Counted from the first letter of the stretch, positions 32,269-44,251 are shown. The stretch is 64,000 nt of DNA from an uncultured bacterium (GCA_963783355.1 CAWANF010000009.1:2290-66289), one strand, 5' to 3'. Translations and numbers: made by a program. Notes: a model not told the origin generated them from the letters alone.

Positions 32269-32913
32269 ATGAATATTGGAATTCTTGGTTCCGGTGATGT
32301 CGGACAGTCTTTAGGAACAGGATTTACAGCGCTGGGACATGATGTTATGATGGGTTCTCGCACCCCGGAAAGTGAGAAAATCAGGGATTGGAAAAAACGA
32401 GCCGGAAGTCGTGCTTTATCTGGCACATTTGAAGAGACGGCTGCTTTTGCCCATGTTGCCGTACTCGCTTCGCTTTGGTCAGGAACTAAAAATCTTCTTA
32501 AACTGGCCGGGCCTCAAAATCTTGAGGATAAAGTGGTCATTGATGTGACTAATCCTCTTCTTTTTGATGAAAACAAACCACCCAGATTAGCTCTTGGACA
32601 TACCGATTCCGGCGGGGAACAAATACAGCGATGGCTGCCAAAATCACATGTAGTCAAAGCATTTAATATTGTCGGCCATAGCCATATGATCAATCCGGAT
32701 TTTCCCGATGGCCCGCCGGATATGTTCATATGCGGGAATGACCCGGTTGCCAAGGAAACGGTGGACGAAATTTGCAGGGAATTTGGATGGTCGGTTATCG
32801 ATATTGGAGGAATTGAAGGCTCCCGTTTGCTGGAACCAATGTGCATTTTGTGGGTTCAGTATGGCATCAATTCCGGGACATGGAACCACGCTTTCAAGCT
32901 GTTGCGAAAATAA
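32269..32913 (+). CDS. NADPH-dependent F420 reductase-like NAD(P)-binding protein
   Basis: MNIGILGSGDVGQSLGTGFTALGHDVMMGSR. Confidence 0.7.
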   Translation: MNIGILGSGDVGQSLGTGFTALGHDVMMGSRTPESEKIRDWKKRAGSRALSGTFEETAAFAHVAVLASLWSGTKNLLKLAGPQNLEDKVVIDVTNPLLFDENKPPRLALGHTDSGGEQIQRWLPKSHVVKAFNIVGHSHMINPDFPDGPPDMFICGNDPVAKETVDEICREFGWSVIDIGGIEGSRLLEPMCILWVQYGINSGTWNHAFKLLRK

Positions 32914-33095
32914 CTTCACCACGGAAACATAGTTTTTAGCTGATACTGCCATAATTCATTGCTTTTCAAAGCGTATTCAAAATTCTCCCAAAACAATTTA
33001 TTTTACTTCCATTTTATTAAATAGCACTTCAATACTCTGCTAATTATATTCGACGAAAAGAATACGAGAGAATTTAGCCCGGATACGCTGAATTT

Positions 33096-33815
33096 ATGAT
33101 TTACCTGAGAAGCATATTTGCTGTTATCTTCGCATTATTTCTGTTTGCCATCGCTGTACCACTAGCTCTGATCCTAATCCTTTTTTCTTTCGGTGCCCTT
33201 CAAAGCTACGTTATTGAGCATTTTGGAAGAATCATTGGCCGAAGTGTTTTGGCTGCGGCAGGAATAAAAATGAATATTCAACAGATTGGAGAACCAGTCG
33301 AACATTCGGTTATATATACGATTAATCACAGTTCGACCCTGGATTTGCTGGTTATCATCGGACTCGGACTCCCGTGTGTTCGTTTCATTGCTAAGCACGA
33401 ATTACAGTACAATCCCCTTTTCTTCATGCTTGGCAATCTTACGGGTCAGGTTTTTATCAATCGGAAGAAATCGGAAAAAGCTGTAGCCAATATTCAAAAG
33501 GCTTATAACAAAATAATAAAGAATCAGCTCTCTGTACTGGTAGCGCCGGAAGGCTCCCGCAAACATCTGGGTATCATCGGACCTTTTAAAAAAGGTGCTT
33601 TCCGCATGGCAATTGATTTAAACTATCCCATTGTTCCCATCTATGTCCACCGGGCTTCAGAACTGAGTGCCGGAGGTTCACTTCTTACAAAACCCGGCAC
33701 GTTGGATGTTTATATTCACCCACCCATCGATACAACAGGCTGGTCATTAGATACCCTTGATGAACATATCGAATTTGTACGGAATAAATACCTCGAATGG
33801 GCCAAAACAGAATGA
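33096..33815 (+). CDS. plsC: 1-acyl-sn-glycerol-3-phosphate acyltransferase
   Basis: NHSSTLD and VAPEGSR motifs. N-terminal TM segment. Confidence 0.8.
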   Translation: MIYLRSIFAVIFALFLFAIAVPLALILILFSFGALQSYVIEHFGRIIGRSVLAAAGIKMNIQQIGEPVEHSVIYTINHSSTLDLLVIIGLGLPCVRFIAKHELQYNPLFFMLGNLTGQVFINRKKSEKAVANIQKAYNKIIKNQLSVLVAPEGSRKHLGIIGPFKKGAFRMAIDLNYPIVPIYVHRASELSAGGSLLTKPGTLDVYIHPPIDTTGWSLDTLDEHIEFVRNKYLEWAKTE

Positions 33816-33841
33816 TATTCAGAATTTTCAAAATATAATAC

Positions 33842-34354
33842 ATGGAACATACGCTCATCGAAATCAAGGCAAAATGCCATTACCCGGATAAAATCAGAGA
33901 AATTCTCAAGGAGTCGGATGCCGATTTTAAAGGAACAGATCAACAAACAGATACCTATTTTAACTGTCCGAACGGAAGGTTAAAGTTGCGACAGGGCTTG
34001 ATCGAAAATAACCTGATTTTCTATAAACGGGCCAATCTATCGGGGCCCAAACAATCGGATGTTCAGCTTTTCCCGGTCAAAGAACAGTCTGATTCTCTGA
34101 AAAGTATACTTGTTGAAACGATGGGAATCTACAAAACGGTTTCCAAGAAAAGAGAGATCTATTTTATTGATAACGTGAAATTTCATATCGATACCGTCGA
34201 AAACCTAGGCTATTTCATGGAAATAGAGGCTATCGGAACGGCCGGGGAAACTTCAGTCGAAGAATTACGCACTCAGTGCCAGTATTATCTCGATCTTTTC
34301 GGCATCCGTGAAGAGGATCTGATGACTCATTCTTATAGTGATATGCTTTCCTGA
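33842..34354 (+). CDS. cyaB: CYTH domain / class IV adenylate cyclase (CyaB-like)
   Basis: LIEIKAK...RLKLRQ...VKFHIDTVENLGYFMEIEA. Confidence 0.75.
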   Translation: MEHTLIEIKAKCHYPDKIREILKESDADFKGTDQQTDTYFNCPNGRLKLRQGLIENNLIFYKRANLSGPKQSDVQLFPVKEQSDSLKSILVETMGIYKTVSKKREIYFIDNVKFHIDTVENLGYFMEIEAIGTAGETSVEELRTQCQYYLDLFGIREEDLMTHSYSDMLS

Positions 34355-34493
34355 CTGGTAACAGTTTCTTAAAAAAGAAATTAATGAGTTTTTGATATAT
34401 TAAATTCCGATCTTTATTACGTGTTTTCTGCCAATATCTTAGTTAAGATTATTCATCAGAAAAATTATTTGTTCAACATAAATACAAATCATC

Positions 34494-35387
34494 ATGATTA
34501 GATCCGGGCTTACCGATGATAAAAACTACATCATTGCAGGAATAGGCGAATTACTTTGGGATATTTATCCGGATTTCAAACGGGCCGGAGGTGCACCTTC
34601 TAATGTTGCCTATCATACTTCCGCACTGGGCAATCAGGGCATCATCCTGAGCAAAATCGGAATGGATGATTTGGGTATGGAGATAGAGCAATTTCTGTGG
34701 AATCGCAAGGTTGATACAAGTTATCTGCAAAAAGATATCCAACATCCTACCGGAACCGTTATTGTTGAAATAAAGGATAACGAACCAAACTATAGCATCA
34801 CTGGGAATGTAGCATGGGATTACCTGGAGCTGACACCAGAATGGACGGAATTGACCAGGAATCTGGATGCTGTTAGCTTTGGAATATTGGCACAACGCAG
34901 CCCGGTCAGCAAAGCAACGATTCAAAAATTTCTAACAAAGATACCCTCCTCTACACTTAAGGTATTAGATGTAAATCTTCGCAAACCCTTTTATACAAAG
35001 GAGATACTTTTAAATTCGATACAACATGCCAATGTTATAAAGATGAATGAGGATGAATATCACACCCTCAGCGAAATTTTTGATGTTGGCAAACTCGAAA
35101 ACTGGCTGTTTTATGATCAGGATATTGCAATCATTTGCCTTACCAAAGGTAAAAATGGCAGCGAATTAATTCTAAAAGAACGTCATATTAAATGTGGCAC
35201 AGAATTGCTCGATACTTCGAATGGCGACAACGTAGGTGCCGGTGATGCCTTTACCGCTGCTTTGATTCACAACCTTTTGCATAAAGCTCAATTGGAAACG
35301 GCACTCCGATCAGCAAGTGTTTATGCTGCAAAAGTAGCAGCACGAAAAGGAGCGATGCCGGATATGAGTGATTTAAAACGCCCTTAA
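34494..35387 (+). CDS. PfkB-family carbohydrate kinase
   Basis: GAPSNVAYH...DNVGAGDAFTAALI. Confidence 0.8.
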   Translation: MIRSGLTDDKNYIIAGIGELLWDIYPDFKRAGGAPSNVAYHTSALGNQGIILSKIGMDDLGMEIEQFLWNRKVDTSYLQKDIQHPTGTVIVEIKDNEPNYSITGNVAWDYLELTPEWTELTRNLDAVSFGILAQRSPVSKATIQKFLTKIPSSTLKVLDVNLRKPFYTKEILLNSIQHANVIKMNEDEYHTLSEIFDVGKLENWLFYDQDIAIICLTKGKNGSELILKERHIKCGTELLDTSNGDNVGAGDAFTAALIHNLLHKAQLETALRSASVYAAKVAARKGAMPDMSDLKRP

Positions 35388-35596
35388 TGGCTTATGATAG
35401 GATCTTTGTATTTCAGCCTGACACTGAACGAAACATCCCGATCATCGTTCAGTGCAATTTCATTTTCATCGTTAAAACTCTCATAACTCATATCCGTAAC
35501 TTTGCAGGTGCACTCTTCTTCAAGGTATTCCCCAACAGCTTTAGAAATGAGTTCTTCAAGTTGAATTCGAGATAATGTCTTCAGTTTATTGCTCAT
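35384..35596 (-). CDS. hypothetical acidic protein (70 aa)
   Basis: Intact ORF whose 3' end overlaps the convergent PfkB gene's stop by 4 nt. No recognisable motif. Confidence 0.35.
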   Translation of the reverse strand: MSNKLKTLSRIQLEELISKAVGEYLEEECTCKVTDMSYESFNDENEIALNDDRDVSFSVRLKYKDPIISH

Positions 35597-35697
35597 AGAA
35601 TTCTTTTATTTCCATTCCGGTTTATAAAGAATAACAGGAATCGAAATTCATTCATTTCATTCAGCCTAAAAAAAATATAGAAATCGGGATGAAATAT

Positions 35698-36213
35698 TCA
35701 GGATCGCTGTATCCCGCGAATCGTTCTTTTTAAACGAAACAGTAATGGAATACTCAGCAAAACGATGGGAATGAAGATGACGGACACCAATAAAAAATAT
35801 CCCCATTCAAGCTGTCCGACTGTGAAAACATCATACAAGTACGAAATGCTTAGTGGCCAGACAAAAAGCAGTCCGGTCAGCAAACCGGGAGCATATTTCC
35901 TGGTCACGATGGTAGTAATGAGATGCGGCATCAAAATATTCAGACTTTGTCCAAGAGCATAGGCCGCAAAGAGATAATTCCAAATCGATGTGGTTCCGAA
36001 AATGGTCGCTAATAACGCAATGACAAACAATAATACCGTAAGTACAGTGACCGCAAAGCGGAATTCGGATGCATCAACCGGCCGGCGCCACTTGTCCGTT
36101 TTCTTTTGCGACCAAGCTGGCAACCAAATCACTTCCTCGATATTATGAAACGTTATTGCAGCCGTAACAATCCAAATGAAAAAGGAATTATCCAAAACGA
36201 ATCCTGCATTCAA
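35698..36213 (-). CDS. HXXEE-domain membrane protein
   Basis: ITFHNIEEVIW. 5 predicted TM helices. TTG start. Confidence 0.65.
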   Translation of the reverse strand: MNAGFVLDNSFFIWIVTAAITFHNIEEVIWLPAWSQKKTDKWRRPVDASEFRFAVTVLTVLLFVIALLATIFGTTSIWNYLFAAYALGQSLNILMPHLITTIVTRKYAPGLLTGLLFVWPLSISYLYDVFTVGQLEWGYFLLVSVIFIPIVLLSIPLLFRLKRTIRGIQRS

Positions 36214-36590
36214 AAAATGATCTGAATATTTTTCTTTAATGTATGGAACAGACGACAGGATATAAAGGTCTGAATTTAAAAATTAGATGATCATTTTATT
36301 TCGACTGAACTTATATGTCCTGTTCATTCGGCGGTTCACCACACAAACTATTTCGAGGCCTGTCCAAAAAGGCCGCAACATATTTATCGGTTAAGGAAAT
36401 CGTCCGGCGTGCAAATCACAAACCGGCAAAATTCAGATGTGTGGCACCCGGAATGATATTTTTTGCCCGTCCTTTCTGTGTACCGTTTTCATTTCCTATG
36501 CATTAGCAGCTTCGAAAAATAATGTAATGATGAAAATAAGAAGTAAAAAAGCAGTGTTAAGTATTTTTTCCATTTCCATAAAACGGAATT

Positions 36591-37178
36591 TCAATCAGGG
36601 AATTTCATCGGGTAATGGGTATGAATCCGTCCTTCCTTTATAGCTATTAACTTATCCATCAGCATAGTTTTACGATAAGAGCTCTGATATTTTAAAAACA
36701 ATACTCCACGGGTATGATCATATTCATGCTGAATCATACGGGCAGTCAAACCATCAAACGGCTGTTTATGTTCAACAAATTGATCATCCAGGTAACGAAT
36801 TACGATAGACCAGGGGCGCTCAACATCGACTGCAAATCCCGGCATACTCAGACAACCTTCGCGATCAACCCACTTTTCTTCGGAATATTCTTCTATTACC
36901 GCATTAATAAAGGTCTTTTTGATACCGGTATCTCCCGTGAAATAACGTTCCCTGTTATGTTTACTCATGCTCTGGTAGGACTGAATACTATCCACAATAA
37001 ATAATTGCAGACTTTGATCGACCTGTGGTGCCGCTAAACCCACGCCATTAGCGGTATATAATGTCAACCACATATCATCGATTAATTTCTGAATTTCTTC
37101 GGAATTTTCATCAATCTTCCGGCATTCAGAAATCAGGATATTATTGCCATATGATACAATAGGTAATATCAAATGCAC
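36591..37178 (-). CDS. def: peptide deformylase
   Basis: GVGLAAPQV, EGCLSMPG and HEYDH. The typical N-terminus ILPIVSYGNNIL suggests a GTG 37178 or TTG 37172 start. The maximal ORF reaches 37259. Confidence 0.85.
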   Translation of the reverse strand: MHLILPIVSYGNNILISECRKIDENSEEIQKLIDDMWLTLYTANGVGLAAPQVDQSLQLFIVDSIQSYQSMSKHNRERYFTGDTGIKKTFINAVIEEYSEEKWVDREGCLSMPGFAVDVERPWSIVIRYLDDQFVEHKQPFDGLTARMIQHEYDHTRGVLFLKYQSSYRKTMLMDKLIAIKEGRIHTHYPMKFPD

Positions 37179-37337
37179 ACCTTTTGAGGAATTCCAGGTA
37201 TGTTTATTAAAATATGGAAGTTTTACAATTTTAAAACTTCTTTTATGATTTGCGGCCAATTAACCATTTTTTTTTCATTAAAGTCACCTTTGGAGTACTA
37301 AATTTACTAACGAGTACTTAATTAGTCTTTATGTTTT

Positions 37338-38078
37338 TCAATAATGGAATAGGAAAGCAATGACATACATAAATAGTAACCCGAAAAGAAACAGACTAAA
37401 ATGAAGAATGGAGCTTTTAAAATTTTCTTCCTTTTTAATCTCGGGAATGAGATCGGAAGCGGCGATGTAAATAAAATTACCGGCACCAAATAGGACCAGG
37501 CCGGAAACTTCAAAATGTTGTGCTGCAATATAGGCGATGATCGCACCGATCGGAAAGGTCAGCGCGGATATAAAATTCCAAAGCAGAGCCCTCCATCGCG
37601 GCCAGCCTCCATATACCAAAATCCCAAAGTCTCCCAATTCCTGTGGTATTTCATGAGAAGCGGCGGCAATCCAGGCAATGATGCCGGCCTTTTGATCTAT
37701 GATGAATGTACTGGCAATTCCCAGGCCGCCCAGAAAATTATGAATAGCGTCACCAATTAAAATCAGATAAGTCATGGAACTCTTTTTATCGTACCCAACC
37801 TCATGGCTGTGATGCCAGTGCAGAAACTGTTCCAGCCCAAGAAAAACAGTAAATCCACCAAGCAACCAGACTCCTGACATCAACAAATCCATTGACAGAA
37901 TAGCTTCCGGAATCATATGAAAAAATGCTCCACCCAGCAAAGTTCCGGCTCCTAATGACAATAACGGGAGTAACCCTCTCTCCAATACTGAAACCGGCAA
38001 AACGGTAGTTATTCCTCCTACCATAGCAATAACGCTCATTAATAATCCGCCAACAATTATCCAGAACAGTATATTCAT
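37338..38078 (-). CDS. ZIP-family metal transporter
   Basis: HNFLGGLGIA...SHEIPQELGDFGIL. Confidence 0.85.
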   Translation of the reverse strand: MNILFWIIVGGLLMSVIAMVGGITTVLPVSVLERGLLPLLSLGAGTLLGGAFFHMIPEAILSMDLLMSGVWLLGGFTVFLGLEQFLHWHHSHEVGYDKKSSMTYLILIGDAIHNFLGGLGIASTFIIDQKAGIIAWIAAASHEIPQELGDFGILVYGGWPRWRALLWNFISALTFPIGAIIAYIAAQHFEVSGLVLFGAGNFIYIAASDLIPEIKKEENFKSSILHFSLFLFGLLFMYVIAFLFHY

Positions 38079-38515
38079 TTATTTGATAAGCTGAACTCTC
38101 TCTTAATGACTTCTTTGAGTATTACCTCCACAAATTACGATAAATTCCTGAACATTAGGCGTAACCTTCTCTAATTTGAAAATCATGCAAAGTTCGCCAG
38201 TTGGACGATTATTCAATCAATTTAAGATGCAGATTTCGATTAATGTAAATCTGCTGATTCTTGATTTTCTTCCATTGAAATCCAGTAAGGGATTAAAAAT
38301 TGAATAACATTGTATGAAATACAGTGGAAAAAACGACACCACAATCAACCCGTAATAACGGGTTTAAACAGCTCATCAAAATCTCTGAAAGTTGTGGGAA
38401 CATCTCGTACCTGCTTTACGTTTTCTATACATCATTACTAAAAATATTTAAATCTGATACTTCAGATTTTGGATAAATCAATTTCACTTATAAAACCATT
38501 AATAAAAATTTTCTC

Positions 38516-39367
38516 ATGAGTAATACCATAAATGACCTGTCACTCACCTATAAAATTGGAAATGATTTTGAAGTAAACCGCATGGGATATGGCGGCATGC
38601 AGCTAACCGGATCCGGTGTTTGGGGAGACGCCCCCGATCGTGAAACAGCAATAAAAGTCCTGAAAAAGGCCGTCGAATCAGGCGTGAATTTTATTGACAC
38701 TGCTGATGCCTATGGCCCATTCACGAATGAAACATTAATCGCCGATGCACTGCATCCTTATCCCGGCAACTTAAAGATTGCGACGAAAGGTGGTTTTACC
38801 CGTCCGGGACCAGGTAAATGGGTTGAAAATGGCCGTCCTGAACATATACGGGAAGCCATTGAAGGAAGTCTGAAACGCCTGAAAACCGATACCATCGACT
38901 TATGGCAATTACACCGTTTCGACCCGGCTGTTCCGATTGAAGAAACACTTGGGCCCGTTGTCGATGCCGTCAATGCAGGAAAAATTAAACACGTCGGTTT
39001 GTCCGAGGTGGGAATAGAACAAATCCAGCACGCTGAAAAAGTAATCCCGATTGTTTCCGTACAAAACCGATACAACCTGGGCGACCGGGAATGGGAAGAT
39101 GTTGTCGATTACACGGCAGAACACGACATGGCCTTCATTCCATGGTTTCCGTTAGCATCCGGACCAGAAAAACTGGCGAAAAAAGTCGAACAAATAGCTC
39201 AAAAATATAACGCGACAACTTCACAGATCGCCCTCGCGTGGCTGCTCAAACGCTCCCCCAATATTTTATTAATTCCGGGAACAAAATCACTGCAACATTT
39301 AGAAGAAAATTTAAAAGCAGCAAAGATTGAATTATCGGATGAGGATTTCCAGGTTATTAATGGGTAA
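38516..39367 (+). CDS. aldo/keto reductase
   Basis: GYGGMQLTG...FIDTADAYG...LWQLHRFD. Confidence 0.85.
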   Translation: MSNTINDLSLTYKIGNDFEVNRMGYGGMQLTGSGVWGDAPDRETAIKVLKKAVESGVNFIDTADAYGPFTNETLIADALHPYPGNLKIATKGGFTRPGPGKWVENGRPEHIREAIEGSLKRLKTDTIDLWQLHRFDPAVPIEETLGPVVDAVNAGKIKHVGLSEVGIEQIQHAEKVIPIVSVQNRYNLGDREWEDVVDYTAEHDMAFIPWFPLASGPEKLAKKVEQIAQKYNATTSQIALAWLLKRSPNILLIPGTKSLQHLEENLKAAKIELSDEDFQVING

Positions 39368-39399
39368 TTAACTCTTTCAGACAAAATAAAGAATATTAA

Positions 39400-39430
39400 A
39401 GCCGGGACTAAGATGTTCCGGCTTTTTTTT
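39400..39430 (+). terminator. rho-independent terminator after the AKR gene
   Basis: agccgg-gactaagatgtt-ccggct followed by T8. Confidence 0.65.
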
Positions 39431-40061
39431 CAAATAGCAGCGATAAAAGCCTTGGTATATGTTCATCTTCTTTCTGCCATTCCTGCATTTGAACCAATGA
39501 AAATCCTGAGGATAATCCTTCATTCACATATTCGGAGGTGGAATGAATAAATGCATCCACCCGTATTTCTTCTCCTGTCTTTCGACTGATATATTTGGCC
39601 TGTGAACGTTGAATTTGTTTGTAGGGATGCAATTCCGCTAAATATATTTTCCCATTTCTCCGTAGCACGCGATAAGCTTCATTAAATATGTACGACAAAA
39701 CTTTCACATGTTCTAACACAAGATTAGCCACGATAAAATCGACTGATCCGGTTTCAAAATCCCAGGCCTTCGTTATATCTGCCCTGACAAACCGAATGTT
39801 CTCCCCGACATTTCTTTTTTTTGCTTTCGAAAGCATCTGTTCGGAGAAATCGACACCAATTACTTTTTTTGCTTTCCGGGCAATATGTTGCGTATTCAAG
39901 CCGGTTCCACAACCGATTTCCAAAACCGTTTTGCCAGCGAACGAGAATGATTCCCTGCGAATCGCCTGGTAATTGAGATCGCGGGTCGCATTTTCATTTG
40001 TATCATATATTTCAGCCCATTCGTCATAGGCTTTTTGAACACGGGAAGAGGTATCAGACAT
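39408..40061 (-). CDS. class I SAM-dependent methyltransferase
   Basis: VLEIGCGTGLNT motif I. 217 aa. Confidence 0.8.
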   Translation of the reverse strand: MSDTSSRVQKAYDEWAEIYDTNENATRDLNYQAIRRESFSFAGKTVLEIGCGTGLNTQHIARKAKKVIGVDFSEQMLSKAKKRNVGENIRFVRADITKAWDFETGSVDFIVANLVLEHVKVLSYIFNEAYRVLRRNGKIYLAELHPYKQIQRSQAKYISRKTGEEIRVDAFIHSTSEYVNEGLSSGFSLVQMQEWQKEDEHIPRLLSLLFEKKAGTS

Positions 40062-40190
40062 AACTATTATTAAACTATTATTAATTCATCGTCTTAAGAT
40101 ATAAGAGAATGTAAAATATAAATAAGACCACACATTTCAGTATACTCCGCGAAAATCCATGCGATCCGTTCCATCCGCGTTCCATACCAC

Positions 40191-40225
40191 AAAAAAAGCC
40201 CGATCTCCATATTGGAAACCGGGCC
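40191..40225 (-). terminator. rho-independent terminator after acnA
   Basis: On the minus strand: gcccg...cgggc stem followed by U7. Confidence 0.6.
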
Positions 40226-40247
40226 TGGAATTGTTTAAAAAGTCGGT

Positions 40248-42956
40248 TTATCCGTTGTTCACAAAGTTTCTCAAAACCGTGTGAAGAATTCCGCCATTTC
40301 TGTAATAGTCAATCTCAACCGGCGTGTCGATGCGGCAAACAGCATCAAAAGCAACGGTGCTGCCATCTTCACGCTTGGCTGTAACTTTAACTTTCTGTTT
40401 TGGTTTCAGCGAATCATCCACTTCAATGGTGAAATGCTCGTCTCCCTGCAGTCCCAAAGACTTAATGCTTTGTCCGTCTTCAAACTGCAATGGAAGAACA
40501 CCCATTCCAACCAGGTTGGAGCGGTGAATACGCTCGAAAGATTCAGCAATTACAGCTGATACACCTAAAAGCAAGGTACCTTTGGCAGCCCAGTCACGAG
40601 ATGAACCCGTTCCGTATTCTTTGCCGGCCAGGACAATAAGCGGTGTGTTGGAAGCTTTGTATTTTTCCGAAGCTTCAAAAATCGACATCACTTGATTGTC
40701 GGGCAGATAGGTCGTAAAACCACCTTCGGTTCCCGGCGCCATTTGATTTTTCAAACGGATATTAGCAAATGTTCCGCGCGTCATAACACGGTCGTTACCA
40801 CGACGAGAGCCATAGGAATTGAAATCTTCTTTTTGCACGCCGTTTTCAACAAGATATTTCCCTGCCGGGGCATCCGGTTTGATGGCGCCAGCCGGAGAAA
40901 TATGGTCTGTTGTGATAGAATCACCAACCTTGACCAATACACGAGCATCGTTTATCGCTTTGATAGGCTCGGTATCCTTCGACATGCCGATAAAGAACGG
41001 GGGTTCCTGGATATAGGTCGATTTATCATTCCATTCGAAGAGCTCTCCGCCGGTAACGGGAATCTTATTCCATTCCGGATTCGAATCGGCGATGCCGTCG
41101 TACATCTTCTTGAAAATATCAGGACGAACAGCGTCGTTCAAATGCTGCAGGATTTCTTCGGATGTCGGCCAGATATCTTTCAGGTAAACGTCATTACCCT
41201 CTTTATCTTTACCAATTGGCTCATTAACCAGGTCGATATCAACGGTTCCGGCCAAGGCGTAAGCCACCACTAACGGAGGTGACGCCAGGTAATTGGCTTT
41301 GACGCTCTGATGAATTCGTCCTTCAAAATTACGGTTTCCGGAAAGCACACCTGCTACAACCAAATCTCCTTCTTTAATGGCCGCTTCCACCGCTTCCGGT
41401 AATGGTCCGGAGTTACCAATACAGGTTGTACATCCATATCCGACCAAATTAAATCCAAGTTGGTCAAGGTATGGAGTCAATCCGGCTTCTTTAAGGTATT
41501 CGGTTACCACGCGGGAACCCGGTGCAAGAGACGTCTTCACATAAGGAGCTACTTTCAGTCCTTTTTCAATGGCTTTCTTAGCCACAATTCCGGCACCTAA
41601 CATGACCGATGGATTGGAAGTATTCGTACAGCTTGTGATAGCCGCGATAACCACATCACCATGTTTCATCTCAACGGTTTGCCCATTCTTGAATGTGCCG
41701 TGATGATTGAGTGCTTCCTGTGAAAGAGCAAAACCTTTCGTCGGTTCCTCACTGACTAAAGAATTTTCAAAATCATTCTTCAGTGTTTTAAGCGTGATGC
41801 GATCCTGCGGACGTTTTGGCCCGGCAAGCGAAGGTTCAACATCGCCCAAATCGAGATGCAGCGTAGTCGTAAACATCGGGTCTTCGGTATCATCCGTACG
41901 GAAAAGTCCCTGGGCTTTGGTATAACGGCGAACGAGTTCAACCTGCTCGTCGGAACGTCCTGTGCGTGACATGTAGCGCAACGATTCTTCATCTGTTGGG
42001 AAGAATCCCATCGTAGCGCCATATTCCGGAGACATGTTGGCAAGAGTAGCCCGATCAGGCAGGCTCATGCTGCTGAGACCGTGACCGTAATATTCTACAA
42101 ACTTACCAACCACACCTTTTTTACGAAGCATCTGGGTCGCGGTCAGCGTCAGGTCTGTTGCTGTGACACCTTCATTCAGTTTGCCGGTAAGTTTAAAACC
42201 AACCACTTCGGGAATCAGCATGTAGATAGGCTGTCCAAGAACTACCGCTTCTGCTTCGATACCGCCGACGCCCCAACCTACTACACCAAGGCCATTGATC
42301 ATAGTGGTGTGGGAGTCGGTACCGACCAGGGAATCGGGATAACACACTTCCGCGTCTCCTTCCTTGCGGCGAAATACGCCTTTTGCCAAATATTCAAGAT
42401 TTACCTGGTGAACAATACCACGCGATGGAGGAACCACGCTGAAATTATCAAACGCTTTTTGTCCCCAGCGCAGGAATTCATACCGTTCCCTGTTACGTTG
42501 AAATTCTTTTTCGGCATTGAACATGAATGCGTAATCCTGCCCGAACATATCTACCTGAACCGAGTGGTCGATAACTAAATCGACAGGTACGACCGGATTA
42601 ATCTTTTTAGGATCACCGCCCATACGAGCCATCGCAGAACGAAGCGCTGCCAAATCAACAACAGCGGGAACACCGGTAAAATCCTGCAGAACGACCCGTG
42701 ATGGTTTAAACGGGATTTCGGTATCCTTTACATTATACGGATCGTAATTAGCAATCTTTTTTACATCTTCTTCGGTAATAATATACCCGTCACATTCACG
42801 TAAAACGGATTCCAATAACACTTTAATCGAAAATGGGAGCCGATGAATATTCGGATAGCCTTTTTCCGCCAGTTTTTTCAGGCTATACATGTATGCTTTT
42901 CCTGACCCGGTATCAAATTCGGTACGGACACCCATCAGGTCTTTTTTTTCACTCAT
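40248..42956 (-). CDS. acnA: aconitate hydratase A
   Basis: 902 aa. [34 protein letters not shown] and [10 protein letters not shown]. Confidence 0.95.
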   Translation of the reverse strand: MSEKKDLMGVRTEFDTGSGKAYMYSLKKLAEKGYPNIHRLPFSIKVLLESVLRECDGYIITEEDVKKIANYDPYNVKDTEIPFKPSRVVLQDFTGVPAVVDLAALRSAMARMGGDPKKINPVVPVDLVIDHSVQVDMFGQDYAFMFNAEKEFQRNRERYEFLRWGQKAFDNFSVVPPSRGIVHQVNLEYLAKGVFRRKEGDAEVCYPDSLVGTDSHTTMINGLGVVGWGVGGIEAEAVVLGQPIYMLIPEVVGFKLTGKLNEGVTATDLTLTATQMLRKKGVVGKFVEYYGHGLSSMSLPDRATLANMSPEYGATMGFFPTDEESLRYMSRTGRSDEQVELVRRYTKAQGLFRTDDTEDPMFTTTLHLDLGDVEPSLAGPKRPQDRITLKTLKNDFENSLVSEEPTKGFALSQEALNHHGTFKNGQTVEMKHGDVVIAAITSCTNTSNPSVMLGAGIVAKKAIEKGLKVAPYVKTSLAPGSRVVTEYLKEAGLTPYLDQLGFNLVGYGCTTCIGNSGPLPEAVEAAIKEGDLVVAGVLSGNRNFEGRIHQSVKANYLASPPLVVAYALAGTVDIDLVNEPIGKDKEGNDVYLKDIWPTSEEILQHLNDAVRPDIFKKMYDGIADSNPEWNKIPVTGGELFEWNDKSTYIQEPPFFIGMSKDTEPIKAINDARVLVKVGDSITTDHISPAGAIKPDAPAGKYLVENGVQKEDFNSYGSRRGNDRVMTRGTFANIRLKNQMAPGTEGGFTTYLPDNQVMSIFEASEKYKASNTPLIVLAGKEYGTGSSRDWAAKGTLLLGVSAVIAESFERIHRSNLVGMGVLPLQFEDGQSIKSLGLQGDEHFTIEVDDSLKPKQKVKVTAKREDGSTVAFDAVCRIDTPVEIDYYRNGGILHTVLRNFVNNG

Positions 42957-43382
42957 ATTTCATTCCTTACTGTCGTTATTATCAATAATAATTTTGCTCT
43001 CTGTGTTTTAGCAGAAATTTGAAGCGAATTCATCTTTCTGCCAAATTAACGAAAGGATCAACTATGCAGTTAGTTGAATTAAATTCTTAGACCTTAAAAG
43101 TACGATAAAGAAATGAGAATTTCCGTTGCTGACCATGATTTTTAACGATTAACCAGATTATCATGATTATTATTTTCTTAGCTGTTCCTTAAACAGTCTT
43201 TGCATCGGAATAGGAGCCGTTCCCATAGTCTCATTCGTTCAAATGAGAAATGATTAAAAATAGCTTAATTTCATGTTCCTGCTCTAATATTCATCCCGAT
43301 CACCTCTAAATATCCCTCAAACCGGTTAAATTTAATATTGCGAATAATTCATATCTGCGGTATCTTACCGAACTTTACGATA

Positions 43383-43847
43383 ATGCTAAAAAATACAGCG
43401 ACCGTGGATACATTAAGCTTTAAAACGTTTTCACCAAAACCTGAAGACATCAACAAGAAGTGGGTATTAATTGATGCCGAAGGACAGCCTCTTGGCCGTC
43501 TCTCCAGCACCATAGCCAGCATCTTGCGTGGAAAAAACAAACCGGAATTTGCCCCTCATATGGACACCGGCGATAACGTTGTTGTTATCAACGCCGAAAA
43601 AGTGGCCCTGAGCGGTTCTAAAATGGAAAACAAAGAATATTTCCGTTACAGTGGTTATCCGGGTGGAGGCAAGTTCGAAACTGCTGCCGAAAAACTGGAA
43701 AAAGACCCTACCTTTTTGGTAATGAATGCTGTAAAAGGCATGCTTCCAAAAAACAAGTTAGGACGTCAGTTATTAACCAATCTCCGCGTCTATGCAGGTC
43801 CTGTGCACCCACACACAGCTCAAAAACCGGAAAAAATAAATTTATAG
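43383..43847 (+). CDS. rplM: 50S ribosomal protein L13
   Basis: KKWVLIDAEGQPLGRLSSTIASILRGKNKPEFAPH. Confidence 0.9.
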   Translation: MLKNTATVDTLSFKTFSPKPEDINKKWVLIDAEGQPLGRLSSTIASILRGKNKPEFAPHMDTGDNVVVINAEKVALSGSKMENKEYFRYSGYPGGGKFETAAEKLEKDPTFLVMNAVKGMLPKNKLGRQLLTNLRVYAGPVHPHTAQKPEKINL

Positions 43848-43861
43848 ACAAATACTGATAC

Positions 43862-44251
43862 ATGGCACAGCAGGAACATTTCATTGGACGTAGAAAAACC
43901 GCAACGGCCCGTGTTTACATCAAGCAGGGAAGTGGTTTGTTTCTCGTTAACAAGAAAAAGCTGGAAGACTACTTTTCGCTGGCTAACCATCAAAGATCTG
44001 CACAATTGCCACTGCAACTCACTGAAATGACCGGGAAATACGACATTAAAGTGACTGTTTCGGGCGGTGGTAATACCGGCCAGGCCGAAGCCATTCAATT
44101 GGCTGTTGCACGTGCAGTGGATAACCTGAATGAAAATGTCCATTCAACCCTGAAAAGTAACGGGCTCTTGACTCGTGATGACCGTATGGTTGAACGTAAA
44201 AAATACGGACAACCCAAGGCACGTAAGAGATTCCAATTCTCCAAACGTTAA
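43862..44251 (+). CDS. rpsI: 30S ribosomal protein S9
   Basis: GRRKTATARVYI...ERKKYGQPKARKRFQFSKR. Confidence 0.95.
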   Translation: MAQQEHFIGRRKTATARVYIKQGSGLFLVNKKKLEDYFSLANHQRSAQLPLQLTEMTGKYDIKVTVSGGGNTGQAEAIQLAVARAVDNLNENVHSTLKSNGLLTRDDRMVERKKYGQPKARKRFQFSKR

